From Spirochaetia bacterium (GTDB lineage Bacteria; Spirochaetota; Spirochaetia; WTKD01; G963693115): a stretch of 64,000 nt of DNA. A program made the position numbers and the translations under genes. The DNA is taken from contig CBDDCA010000004.1 of assembly GCA_965226055.1 (NCBI GenBank), positions 128,001 through 192,000 of the forward strand, in the 5' to 3' direction. The notes below the pieces were generated by a model. It had not been told where the DNA came from, did no database searches, and worked only from the letters and a program-made list of their open reading frames with translations. Below are positions 9,572 to 20,400 of this stretch, in pieces (the stretch's first letter is position 1; each line of letters opens with the position of its first letter).

Positions 9572-10930
9572 CTAATCCCTATTATTGTGTATATCTTTGT
9601 CGTGTGTAAAGGAAGACATTTCTTCATCAGCGTCGTATAATGCTTCCTCTTGTGACCCAAAGTATTCTTCATCTAACTCTACACCAAAGCCTTGTTGTTC
9701 TTTTCGTAGCTTTTGAATTTTGTTTGCTATAAATAGCTGCATAAAAGAGCAAGAGACAGCATCAATGCCTGCAGCAAACCCCACTAACACTAACTGTACA
9801 GGAATAAGAATAATATATGAATCATGCACATTAATAGATGGTATTTGTGAAAAAGTTATGATAGCACTAATGAGTATTGAACTAGTAATAGTAGAAGAAA
9901 GGTATGAAGTTATGATAGCTCCAATAAATACCATTACAAAAAATGATATATCCATAGGTATGGAGCTATATACCTTATATATAAAAAGATATGACAAAGC
10001 AAATGTTACCGCAGTACCAGCACGACAAAATACAAGGGCAAACGAAGTGCTCATCTCATTGTTTCTTTTACGAGAATATCCCAGTTCTTCTACATGTAAT
10101 AGTAAGGTCCCACTTGCAAGAATATTTGTTGTAGACAATGCAGTACTCATGGCAGGAATAACTTGGGTATACCATAATCGAAATGAAATTTTTACTCCTA
10201 ATATACGAAGTAATACTGGATAGATTACAAAGAGTAACGATAACAATAGGATAGCTAAGAATAGAAATAGTTTAGTAATAATGTATAATTGTTCGTAATT
10301 GATTATTGTAGATGACAGTACTGCAGAAGCAAATAATATACCAATAGTAAAATATGGCAACAGTACTCGTACTATTCTTAAATTTATACTACGCATTGCA
10401 TCAATAACATCGAAAAATACATTGCCACGTTGAATATTATTGACTGCCATTGTTCCAATAAGACAGCATACTATGAGGATGGCAGCAATAGAAGTGTGAG
10501 AAGAACTGAGTACTTGAATAAAATTACTAGGAAATAAAATTTCAATGATACTCAATAATGGCGTATAGGTATCTAATGGTATATCGGGAATAAAAGAGAT
10601 AGAGGAATTATGAGGGATGAATAAAAAGATAATCATTGATACAAGTGTAAGCACCACTATGGTGAAAAGTCCTCTTGTAATACTATATTTGAGCATAGAA
10701 CCGAATAAATGTAAATCTTTTAATTCAAAACTATTGATAATAATTGAAAAAATAAAATACGGTATAGTAAGATAGAGCATAGCTCTTGTTAATATTCTTG
10801 CTATTATCACAACAGTATTGTTTATTATATCGGCAGGGATAAATATGCCTGCTACAGAACCAGCTACAATACTAATAATAAATAGCACAAGTTGTTTCCT
10901 TGTGAGGTGGTACATTTTACTTTCTTTCAT
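9572..10930 (-). CDS. Dicarboxylate/amino acid:cation symporter (DAACS) family, divergent
   Basis: About 10 hydrophobic segments, LFPSNF, ALSTTN (serine-rich motif equivalent), RAGTA. Confidence 0.7.
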   Translation of the reverse strand: MKESKMYHLTRKQLVLFIISIVAGSVAGIFIPADIINNTVVIIARILTRAMLYLTIPYFIFSIIINSFELKDLHLFGSMLKYSITRGLFTIVVLTLVSMIIFLFIPHNSSISFIPDIPLDTYTPLLSIIEILFPSNFIQVLSSSHTSIAAILIVCCLIGTMAVNNIQRGNVFFDVIDAMRSINLRIVRVLLPYFTIGILFASAVLSSTIINYEQLYIITKLFLFLAILLLSLLFVIYPVLLRILGVKISFRLWYTQVIPAMSTALSTTNILASGTLLLHVEELGYSRKRNNEMSTSFALVFCRAGTAVTFALSYLFIYKVYSSIPMDISFFVMVFIGAIITSYLSSTITSSILISAIITFSQIPSINVHDSYIILIPVQLVLVGFAAGIDAVSCSFMQLFIANKIQKLRKEQQGFGVELDEEYFGSQEEALYDADEEMSSFTHDKDIHNNRD

Positions 10931-10981
10931 ATTCTCATGATACTACATGTTTCCTTTACAGATGATAGATTGATATGAATA

Positions 10982-11749
10982 TTACTCTTTTTTCTTTCTA
11001 AAAAGAGGAAAGGAATGTTTTTTAATAACAAGACGGCTTTTTGTCTGTTTGTTTCTCAATATAGGCATAATCCATTTTTTTCCTATTGTAGCAAGAGAAT
11101 GTAATAATGAACTATGATTACGGCTACGAAAATGGAGAGCATGTGCAATATGATGTTGTATCATATTTGTTTTCATAGCAAAAGGAATAGTATGATGATA
11201 GTGTAGCAGTGTAATAGTGACAGGGTACTTTGACAGTGCTAGCATATGCCTTGAAAAATGTATATATGCATGAACAAGCATATGTATAAAAATATTTTTC
11301 TCGCTTGCAGTATCCTTATCCATTTGTGGCAACACAACAAAAATATTTTTTCGTATTGTAGCAGTATATTTTACACTGTTTTGTGTGGTAGAAGAAGAAT
11401 CTTTTTTATTACTGAGAAAGAAAAATGATTTTCTTAATAGCTCTATTGTAAAAAAAAATTCAGTATTAAAATAGTTTGCAAATAATCGTTCTTCTATATT
11501 CTCTAACGATGGTATTTCTGGTGCTCGAAAGCAGAGAAAAATAGTATTAGTATCATTATTTTTATGACTATGAAGATGAAGATCAATGAGGGATGTTGAT
11601 AAAGAATGTATTTTTGGAGCAGTACTATGAATAGAATCTGTCTCAAATAAATTTAGTATGCTATACTTTTGTTTGAGATTGTAAAAAAAAGTATTCATAG
11701 ACAGTATGATATTTTTATCAGTACCAGTAATAAAAGTACATTGCTCCAT
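10982..11749 (-). CDS. Hypothetical protein
   Basis: Long ORF in the same direction as the downstream genes; start MEQCTF chosen because TATTAT lies 6 nt upstream. Confidence 0.55.
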   Translation of the reverse strand: MEQCTFITGTDKNIILSMNTFFYNLKQKYSILNLFETDSIHSTAPKIHSLSTSLIDLHLHSHKNNDTNTIFLCFRAPEIPSLENIEERLFANYFNTEFFFTIELLRKSFFFLSNKKDSSSTTQNSVKYTATIRKNIFVVLPQMDKDTASEKNIFIHMLVHAYIHFSRHMLALSKYPVTITLLHYHHTIPFAMKTNMIQHHIAHALHFRSRNHSSLLHSLATIGKKWIMPILRNKQTKSRLVIKKHSFPLFRKKKE

Positions 11750-11785
11750 ATATACATAATAGTAAATACTGTACAATTATAATAC

Positions 11786-13681
11786 ATGCAACTTACTATT
11801 TCACAATTAAATACTACTGTTGGTAACATTGAAGAGAATGCTAGGCTCATCATTGAGACTATTACGCAAAATAAAGATACAGATATGTTTGTGTTTCCTG
11901 AATGTGTGTTGTCAGGGTATATGCCTTTGGATAACCTCTACTATGATTCTTTTTTTGATAAATTACAGAAAGCCTTACAACATATTCAACAATCTCTGAA
12001 TGATACACAATATTGTATCATAGGAACACTCCACAAAGAGGAACAGAAGAAAGATACATTGAATGTGCAACAAAGTATGCAAGATACTACTATTTCATCA
12101 AAAAACAACAATACACTGCAAACATATGAATCTCGTTATTATTCGTATATAAGTTCCAGTAATGTATATAACTCGGCTATATATTGTTGTCACGCACAAG
12201 GGACAATAGGAATGCAGCATAAGCGATTGCTTCCACAAAAAGATGTGTTTTTTGAGCAACGATATTTTCAAACAGAAACAAAAAGTAGGCTATTTCATCA
12301 CAATGATACCTCTTTTGCAGTGCTTATCTGTGAAGATCTGTGGGGACCAATAGAGGCAGGATACCCTGCATATGATGTGTTACAGTTGCGCCCAGATATT
12401 ATCATTGTCATTAGTGCCTCTCCTTATGAGTTTGATAAAAAAAATAAGCGTATGATACTTGCAAAGAAATTAGCGTACAGCATTGGGAGTCCCCTTATAT
12501 TTTGTAATATGGTAGGAGCAAATGATGAAATTATATTTGATGGCTCATCGTTTGTATTAACAAAAGAAGCCCAGCTTCTCGCTCAGCTATCTCATTGTAA
12601 AGAAGAACATATGAATGTATATTTTTCTCATAACAACAAAGACATGAGAGTTATACCAACACAGAACACTGTACATGATACTATATCTGAGCATGATAAG
12701 GACACAAATACAAATGCTGTTCATCCCTCTCTTACAAAAGAACAGAGTGCTTTTTCTGTACAACAAAAAGAATTACATGATCACTCTTCTTATATGGAAC
12801 TTGATGCTCCATTTTCTATCTCACAGGCTTCGTTTTCTTCCTATATTGGTGAAGTAGTAGAAGCGCTTTGTATGGGGCTGAGTGATTATCTTACAAAATC
12901 TTCATTGTCTCATAAAGTACATTTAGGAATAAGTGGAGGTATTGATTCAGCGGTAGTTGCAGCCCTTGCGTGTCGCAGTGTTGGGGCGCATAATGTATGC
13001 GGTATTTTACTTCCTTCACAATATACCAGTAAAGAAAGCTGGGAGGATGTACAAGCACTTATTGAAAATGCAGGGATGTCTCATTATGTACTGTCTATAA
13101 AAGAGACATATACAACAATGATGGACACGCTTGCTCCTGTTTTTCAAAACACCTCTTTGGATACTACCGAAGAAAATTTGCAAGCTCGCATTCGTGGTAT
13201 ATTGCTTATGAGCTATGCCAATAAACATGGCTCATCTTTGCTTACTACTGGGAATAAATCTGAACTTGCAGTGGGCTACGCAACTTTATACGGAGACATG
13301 TGTGGAGCTATCAATATTATTGGAGATATCTATAAGACACAAATATATGAAATAGCAGAATACCTAAACAGAGATACTCCTATTATTCCCAAAAGAATAC
13401 TTGAAAAAGCTCCTAGTGCTGAGTTACGGGAAAACCAGAGGGATGATGACAGTCTTCCTCCATATGATGTATTGGATGAGATTCTTTACTTATTTATAAA
13501 TGAATACAAAAGTTTAGAATATGTATTATCCTTACATATATATGAAGAAGAAAGTGTGAAAAAAGTATGGAAACTGTATCAAACATCAGAGTTTAAGCGG
13601 TATCAAGCAGCCCCTATATTAAAAGTCTCTTCTCGTGCGTTTGGAAAAGGGCGTTTTGTTCCCTTAGTAGCGCAATTTTAA
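11786..13681 (+). CDS. nadE: Glutamine-dependent NAD+ synthetase
   Basis: Nitrilase domain (FPE, K, ICEDLW) plus SGGIDS, ENLQARIRG, TGNKSE, GYATLYGD, PSAEL. Confidence 0.96.
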   Translation: MQLTISQLNTTVGNIEENARLIIETITQNKDTDMFVFPECVLSGYMPLDNLYYDSFFDKLQKALQHIQQSLNDTQYCIIGTLHKEEQKKDTLNVQQSMQDTTISSKNNNTLQTYESRYYSYISSSNVYNSAIYCCHAQGTIGMQHKRLLPQKDVFFEQRYFQTETKSRLFHHNDTSFAVLICEDLWGPIEAGYPAYDVLQLRPDIIIVISASPYEFDKKNKRMILAKKLAYSIGSPLIFCNMVGANDEIIFDGSSFVLTKEAQLLAQLSHCKEEHMNVYFSHNNKDMRVIPTQNTVHDTISEHDKDTNTNAVHPSLTKEQSAFSVQQKELHDHSSYMELDAPFSISQASFSSYIGEVVEALCMGLSDYLTKSSLSHKVHLGISGGIDSAVVAALACRSVGAHNVCGILLPSQYTSKESWEDVQALIENAGMSHYVLSIKETYTTMMDTLAPVFQNTSLDTTEENLQARIRGILLMSYANKHGSSLLTTGNKSELAVGYATLYGDMCGAINIIGDIYKTQIYEIAEYLNRDTPIIPKRILEKAPSAELRENQRDDDSLPPYDVLDEILYLFINEYKSLEYVLSLHIYEEESVKKVWKLYQTSEFKRYQAAPILKVSSRAFGKGRFVPLVAQF

Positions 13682-15469
13682 TATTTCTGCTTGTTTTTTT
13701 AGCGCCATAAGAAGAGTTTTCACTGTACGATCATGAGGGTATTTTTTCTGATATATTTCTAACAAAGAGATGCTTTCTGGGAGTTTATTTCTGTACAGGA
13801 GAGTAATAGCATTATTATAGTGATTGAGTAATGCTTTTTTTTGAAATTTCATTTCTGGTGGATCACTCTCAAATAATTCATACACTCCCTTTTCTTTTTC
13901 TAAGCCTTTTATAAAGATCGTAGGAAGAATCCGCACTGCATATGAATTTTTAGTAGGGAGCATAGCATATGCAGACTTACTTATAATACATTCTGTTTTG
14001 AATAGTGTGTTTATTTTTTGTAAACGTGAGCTTATTATGCCTTCATTGCTGAGTAGTGTAGCTTGAAGTCCTGTATTTTCTTTGCCTATAATTCCAAGTG
14101 CTACATTTCCTATAGTAATTCCAATACAGAGTTTTATGTCAATATTTGAAGAAGTGTAATGTGCTATTGCTTTTTGTAATATTTCTTTTGTTTGTATCAT
14201 TTGCTCGGCAACACCAATAGCTTGTACTGGTGCATGTTCCTTAAAAAGAGCTATGATATTTCCATTTGTATCGTTATGGGCATATCCTGAATCTTGAGTA
14301 ATAACAGTATGCACATGCTCATGGTATACGCTAAGAAACTGTGCGGTATCTTTTGTTTCAAGAGTAGATATAATATGAGGAAAATTTTCTATTCCTATGC
14401 ACATAACCGACATTGGCTGTTGTATACTCTCTCCTGATCTTAGTTGATATACATGCTTTTTATTAAAAAAGGAAATGTTTGTTTTTGGCATGAACCTGTT
14501 GTACGCATACATAGTTTCTCTTTGTTGACTGATTATCTGTTTAGCATTATCTATAAGATTATTTTTTGAAAATAACTGTTCTTTTTTATTTTTTATTATA
14601 TGAGTAGCTATACATACCATAAGTATTCCACAAAAAGCAAGAATAACACTCATAATCAGATACCATATAGGAAAAGACCCTAGTTGTAGGTAGTTGGTTA
14701 ACGATAGCGAGATAATGAAAGAGAAAATAGTAAAGAGGATAGTACTTATGAAATGAAGCGTATAGGTAACCCTTTGTCTTTGGAGTTGAATAAAACTGAT
14801 ATAGAGTAGTACAATGCTTGTGCCTGCAAGAAATATTCCTAAAAATATAGAGCTTGTATCATAGGAAGAAAAGATACATACTACCAGCATACCTATACAC
14901 ATAGAGAGCAGTAATTGAATAATAAGAGCTGTTTTTTGTTTAGTATATTTTGTAATAACGAGCAGTTCTTTAGAAAAGAGAGTATAAAAAAACAAGATAC
15001 ATACTATTACAATAAGAGATGTTATTTTGTTGTCTATTATGGTGTGCAGAGGGAACAATGAAATTGTGTGTATCTTTGCGTACAGTAGACTGAGTATAGT
15101 AAAGCATGCTATAAGCAATGTGATATAGATATATTCTTTGATACGAGTAGTGAAAGAGAATACTATGCTTATAAAGAGAAAAGCAAGCATGATACCAAAG
15201 AAGACATAGGATATATTTTGTGCAAAATCATTGTGAGGAATGACTGTTGCTTTATAGAGATTATATGTAAATTCGGGGGAAATTGGATTTTCTTCTCTTG
15301 ATTGAGCTATAGTATTATGAGTAATATAAGTATGTTGCTTATAAGAGAGAGAAAATTGCGTACCTTTATTATTACTGGCATTATTATTGGATATGTCTAT
15401 AGCACTTACGGTGTCATGAAAATATGCTATAACAGTTAATAGTAAAGATAAAAATAGAATTTTTTTCAC
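13664..15469 (-). CDS. 7TM (DISM-like) membrane protein with degenerate class III nucleotide cyclase domain
   Basis: Signal peptide, 7 TM helices, YNRFMP linker, IGITIGNVALGIIG, SRLQ, IKG...VYEL; GTG start chosen to avoid tRNA overlap. Confidence 0.75.
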   Translation of the reverse strand: MKKILFLSLLLTVIAYFHDTVSAIDISNNNASNNKGTQFSLSYKQHTYITHNTIAQSREENPISPEFTYNLYKATVIPHNDFAQNISYVFFGIMLAFLFISIVFSFTTRIKEYIYITLLIACFTILSLLYAKIHTISLFPLHTIIDNKITSLIVIVCILFFYTLFSKELLVITKYTKQKTALIIQLLLSMCIGMLVVCIFSSYDTSSIFLGIFLAGTSIVLLYISFIQLQRQRVTYTLHFISTILFTIFSFIISLSLTNYLQLGSFPIWYLIMSVILAFCGILMVCIATHIIKNKKEQLFSKNNLIDNAKQIISQQRETMYAYNRFMPKTNISFFNKKHVYQLRSGESIQQPMSVMCIGIENFPHIISTLETKDTAQFLSVYHEHVHTVITQDSGYAHNDTNGNIIALFKEHAPVQAIGVAEQMIQTKEILQKAIAHYTSSNIDIKLCIGITIGNVALGIIGKENTGLQATLLSNEGIISSRLQKINTLFKTECIISKSAYAMLPTKNSYAVRILPTIFIKGLEKEKGVYELFESDPPEMKFQKKALLNHYNNAITLLYRNKLPESISLLEIYQKKYPHDRTVKTLLMALKKQAEILKLRY

Positions 15470-15490
15470 AAGTATAATGACTAGAAATAT

Positions 15491-15565
15491 CGGGAGCGAC
15501 GGGGATTGAACCCGCGACCTCCGGCTTGACAGGCCGGCGCGATAAACCGACTTCGCCACGCCCCC
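15491..15565 (-). tRNA. tRNA-Asp (GTC)
   Basis: Acceptor GGGGGCG/CGCTCCC, anticodon arm CCGGC-CTGTCAA-GCCGG, T-loop GTTCAAT; CCA not encoded. Confidence 0.95.
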
Positions 15566-15595
15566 TACTAGTAGTATAACATATATACTGTAATT

Positions 15596-15624
15596 AGTAT
15601 ATATACTTGTGCTATCGCTGTCAA
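15596..15624 (-). promoter_or_regulatory. Sigma70 promoter of tRNA-Asp
   Basis: TTGACA-17 nt-TATACT on the minus strand. Confidence 0.75.
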
Positions 15625-15660
15625 TGGAAATTTGTAAAAAAGTGAAAATTCAACTGTGCA

Positions 15661-15690
15661 TTGACTAATATGCTATAATATTGCTATAAT
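15661..15690 (+). promoter_or_regulatory. Sigma70 promoter of rplS
   Basis: TTGACT-18 nt-TATAAT with extended TGn. Confidence 0.7.
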
Positions 15691-15772
15691 AAATATTACA
15701 GAAGTAGCTCTATATCTGTAATAGTATCTTTCTAGTTACAAGAGTTATAGTAAGAATATAAAGGATTACATT

Positions 15773-16147
15773 ATGAGTCAGAAAATCATTCATGATATTG
15801 AAAAAAAATATATTAACTCCGAAATAGCTAATTTTAATGTAGGAGATAGAGTTGTTGTTCACTTTAAGATTGTAGAAGGTAGCACAGAACGTGTACAGTT
15901 ATATGAAGGTATAGTATTACAAAAACGAGGCTCTGGAGTAAGAGCTACTTTTACTGTTCGAAAAATATCATCAGGAATCGGTGTTGAGCGTATTTTTCCT
16001 GTTCATTCGCCTCGTATTGCAAAGGTTGAAGTAAAAAACAGAGGAAAAGTTCGACGTGCAAAATTATATTATCTTCGTTCTAGAATAGGAAAAGAAGCCC
16101 TAAAAGTGAAAGAGAAATTTACTACTGTCAAATCAAAAGGGAAATAG
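15773..16147 (+). CDS. rplS: 50S ribosomal protein L19
   Basis: [40 protein letters not shown]. Confidence 0.98.
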   Translation: MSQKIIHDIEKKYINSEIANFNVGDRVVVHFKIVEGSTERVQLYEGIVLQKRGSGVRATFTVRKISSGIGVERIFPVHSPRIAKVEVKNRGKVRRAKLYYLRSRIGKEALKVKEKFTTVKSKGK

Positions 16148-16311
16148 CAAAGTAAAATAAGACAGAACAGTAAAATAGAACAGCTTTTTGTACATAATAG
16201 GATATACCATTATGTACTGTTTCTATTATCTTAGTATGCGGTAAAGTATACTAGCATATACATATACTAGATTTTTCTCAAGCATCTTATTGATCTAAAT
16301 GTGTTTTAAGT

Positions 16312-16695
16312 ATGGCACAATATAAATATACAGCATACAACAATACAGGAAACACTGCGTATACCTATGGAAAATTTGGTGAGCAGGTAGTCGTACATTA
16401 TTTACTGTGTAAAAATTTTATAATTTTGAAAAAAAACTATAACTGTAAGTTTGGGGAAGTCGATATTATATGTAGTAAGGGAAATACTCTTATTTTTGTC
16501 GAGGTAAAATCATGGTATTATTATTCTGTGCCTGAGTTACACAGGATTATCAATGCAAAAAAACTTGACAGAATAAGAAAATGTGCAGAATTGTTTCTAG
16601 CTAATTTTATTAGTCACACATGGATGTGTGCTAGGATTGATGTAATACTTGTAAAGCTACTACATCATATCATGATTCATTACAAGGGAGTGTAG
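16312..16695 (+). CDS. yraN: YraN/UPF0102 family nuclease-like protein
   Basis: GKFGE, NY...GEVDII, LIFVEVK, RIDVI. Confidence 0.9.
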   Translation: MAQYKYTAYNNTGNTAYTYGKFGEQVVVHYLLCKNFIILKKNYNCKFGEVDIICSKGNTLIFVEVKSWYYYSVPELHRIINAKKLDRIRKCAELFLANFISHTWMCARIDVILVKLLHHIMIHYKGV

Positions 16696-16702
16696 AATAA
16701 TC

Positions 16703-16852
16703 ATGCCAAATAAAATTAACAAGTCAAAGTATGCCATTACTAATGAGCAAGTTTCGGTATTAAAGGAGAAGATTAATGATCCTCAATACCTAGACAAAGC
16801 AATAAATTGGATAGCAAAGCAGTTAGCCAACAAAATTAGTAGTAAGCAATAG
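16703..16852 (+). CDS. Small 49-aa protein not in the ORF track (MPNKINKSKYAITNEQVSVLKEKINDPQYLDKAINWIAKQLANKISSKQ)
   Basis: ATG...TAG fills the yraN-coaD gap, AAGGGAG upstream, amphipathic helical pattern. Confidence 0.6.
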   Translation: MPNKINKSKYAITNEQVSVLKEKINDPQYLDKAINWIAKQLANKISSKQ

Positions 16853-16855
16853 ATT

Positions 16856-16884
16856 TTGCACATTCAAGGAAAATACAATATCAT
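16856..16884 (+). promoter_or_regulatory. Leaderless-type sigma70 promoter of coaD
   Basis: TTGCAC-17 nt-TATCAT-6 nt-ATG, no SD. Confidence 0.7.
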
Positions 16885-16890
16885 AATACT

Positions 16891-17403
16891 ATGAATGTTG
16901 TTTTTCCAGGAACATTTGATCCGCCTACGAACGGACATATAAATATCATTGAACGTTGTTCAAAACTGTTCGTTCGTACGGATGTGGTCATTGCAGACAA
17001 TCTAAAAAAAGAACGGTTATTACAACCATATGAACGCCTTCAGCTTTTACAGCAGTTATCGCAACGGTATAGTAATGTGCATGTTATCATATGGAATAGA
17101 TTGTTAGTAGATTATCTCATAGAAAATAGCATAGATGTTATTGTAAGGGGAGTACGGAGTTCTGCTGACTATGAATATGAGTACTCTTTATCACAAATTA
17201 ACAAAGGCTTAGGAAAAAGTAAACAGAGAAATATAGAAACATTGTTATTGCCTACTGATGAAAAATATTATTTGTTACGATCCTCTACTATTAAAGAAAT
17301 TTTGCATTTTGGAGGAGATGTTTCTGATAAAGTACCCACTATAGTACTTGATATCTTAAAGAAAAAGTTTGAACGTACTAAAAAGGATGAAAGCAAAGTG
17401 TAA
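16891..17403 (+). CDS. coaD: Pantetheine-phosphate adenylyltransferase
   Basis: FPGTFDPPTNGH, VRGVR...DYEYE, SSTIKEI. Confidence 0.96.
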   Translation: MNVVFPGTFDPPTNGHINIIERCSKLFVRTDVVIADNLKKERLLQPYERLQLLQQLSQRYSNVHVIIWNRLLVDYLIENSIDVIVRGVRSSADYEYEYSLSQINKGLGKSKQRNIETLLLPTDEKYYLLRSSTIKEILHFGGDVSDKVPTIVLDILKKKFERTKKDESKV

Positions 17404-17475
17404 ACATAATAATAGTATTTTTGCTATAATTTACTTTGTATGATACATACACGATAATAAAAAAAGGAGGCCTTT

Positions 17476-20400
17476 ATGATACATAGAGATCTACAAGCTG
17501 TGAAAATCGGGGGGGGGGGGGTACACTCTCGATATAAGCAAAACCTAACTATACTAGCAGTGCTAGCAATGACTACCCTCGTACTCGTAGGATGTGCAGA
17601 GAGTAGCAGTAGTTCCTCAGGCGGAGGGGGAACGCCAGTAACCCCGACACTCGCATCAGTGTCCAATGTGCAGATACAAGTAGCAGGCAACGATGGGATG
17701 CTCTCGTTACGCTGGCAAGCTCCCAGCGAAGCTACGCATGTAGTCGTAAAAGCTACATCAACGACACCAGCCCAGTCCATACAGGTGCGTGTTCCTGCAA
17801 TAGAATATCGTGCATTGTTTCAACAAAACAGACCCTACACCCTCAGAGGCTTGCACGCTACTACCGATTATACTGTAGAGATAGAAGCCCAAAAATCAGA
17901 CTCAGGCTCAGACACAGAAGTATCACCAAAAACAACCCGTTCTGTGACAACACTTAGCGATGAAACTGCACCGCAGGACACCTTTACACAGGTAGCAGTA
18001 GAATCAGCAACAAATGGCATAAAGATAACATGGGACAAAGCACTGCTCTCGTTAGGCAAGACAGACATAGCAGAAGCAATAATACAGGTGATAGAAAGCA
18101 CCACTAATGTAAAAAAAGAAGTAACAGTACAAGATGTAACACAAGGAGAAGTAACTATTGCTGTCCCTACTATAGACGGCATAAGCTATGATGTAACAGT
18201 AGTATACAGAGATAGCAATGGCAACGAAAGCACGGCAAAGCAAGCGCTCAGAGGCATAGTGCCATCAGCACTCTCACAAACAGTAACGCCACTTTCTGCA
18301 TCAGATCTTACAGTAACAGCAAACGATAAAAGCAATAGCCCAGCCGATGAAAGCCTGCTTATCAAGTGGGATGATAAAGATGACAGCTTTGACTTTTCAA
18401 ACAAAAGCCTCCAAGTACGCGTTATAGCAACCGCAACAAATACAGTAGTAGCAGAGGAGACAATAGACAAAGATACAAGTGCAACAAATGTCAGCGGAGC
18501 AAGTGCAGACAACCAAGAGTACGCCACTGTGTATGTAGCAAAAGATGGCATAGCACTCACAAAACTCTACGGCACGCTTACTTACAAAGTAGAAGTGTAT
18601 GTCTTTAAAAACGGAAAGTACTCCACTGCAGTGTCAAAAGAACAAGCAACAACCGACAAAAGCACAGAGCCTGTAAGCAATGTAAGTGCAGTAGGAGGAG
18701 CAACAAGCATAGTAGTAGGCTGGCAAGCCCCCGATGTACGAGACTACGCAGGAGTGAGTATAACAGCAACAGAAAAGGACAGCAGTACCGCGGCAAAGAC
18801 AGTAACAATAACAGAGAGAACAGTACGCAATACACAGATACCAGGCCTCAAAGCAACCACCGAGTATACAGTGGCAGTCGTGTCAATGGACAGTGCAGGC
18901 AACAAAGGAACAGAAGCAACAGCCACAGTAGCCACCGCAGCAGATAGCACCGCCCCCGATGCAGTAACAAGCATACAAGCAAGCTATCCTTTTGTATCAG
19001 CAGCAAAGATAGGAACACAGATAACATGGACAGCCCCCGATACAACAAAAGCCAATAACAAAGATATAAAAGAGTACAGCGTAAGCATAGCAGAAAAAGG
19101 CACAAGCACCACAGTACTGAGCGAGAAGAAAATACCCTATCCCACAACATCACTCTCTGTCGAAGAACTCACGCAAGGCAAAACATACACCATAACAATA
19201 CTCACGCTTGATTACTCAGAAAATAAAAGCACCCAAGCAACAAAAGACATAACCACCCCCAACTCACTCACAGCTCCTTCAGAGGATCTCTTTCAAAACA
19301 AGCCTACCCTAGACAAAACAGGAGCAATACAAATAAAAGCAACTTTTAAGCAAGCTCCAGGCATAGGGCGATACTACACCCTGCGTATGAAAGATGGAGC
19401 AAACTTAATAGCAGAAAAAAGCATAACAAACACAGCAACCACCATTAGCTTTGGGATAGCAGATGGCGTAGAAGTACCCAAGAGCCAAGCAAATGCCAAG
19501 AATTATCGCTTTGATTTTCTGCAAATAGCAAATAACAGAGTAAGCCCCGTAACCGCACTGAGTGATGCAGTAGCAGTATACGATAGCACCTCGACAGCAC
19601 CGCCCGCTCCCAAAGATGCAAAGCTCACCGTAGAGTCAGTAACACAAACAACTGCAAAAGCAGTCTATACATTTAGTGCAGGAGACATTACTGACACCAA
19701 CAAAGCACCCAGTGGAGCAAAACTCACGCAAGCACAAATACAATACAAAGTATACATAGCAGCAGGAGACCACAGCACAAAGACACTAGACGAAATAAAA
19801 GCCCTTGCAGGAGTACAAACAAGAGAGCTAGCAGGAGATAGCACTCCATTAAAAGCAACATTTATAGGAACAAAAGGAGCAGACTATACCGCAGGAGTAG
19901 AAGCGATAAACAGCCTCAATCCCGCCTATAGCATAGGAGCATCAGTAACAATAAAGAAAGCAACGCTTACCGCTCCCCCAAGCACACCAAAAGTAACAAC
20001 CTACACTAACAGTAATGCAGTGGTATTTGCAGTGCCTACAACAGGAAGCAACAGAGGGAAAAAAGTCATAACAGTACAGCTCAATGCCTCAGCTATAGCA
20101 GGAGTGAGCAAAGCAAATGGCAATGCCCTTGAAGCGACAGATCTTGCCTACTATGTGCTATACCTCAAGAAAGAAGATACCACAGGAAAGCCTGCCAGCG
20201 TATCAGCCTTGTGGGCAGTGGAAAAAAGTAGTGTAAAAGTAGCAAAGTATGTAAAAGCAACAGGAACAACTCAAGACACAATATCCATAGCAATAGTAGA
20301 CAGCACCAGTGGAAGCAATGCAGGAGCAACGCCCATAGAAACAGCAAAAGACTACTACATAGGAGTGAGGATAGTAAACACAACATCCCCTAATTACGAT

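Noticed and set aside
15470-15559. 5' extension of ORF 13664..15559
   Set aside because: Overlaps tRNA-Asp; GTG at 15469 gives a normal signal peptide
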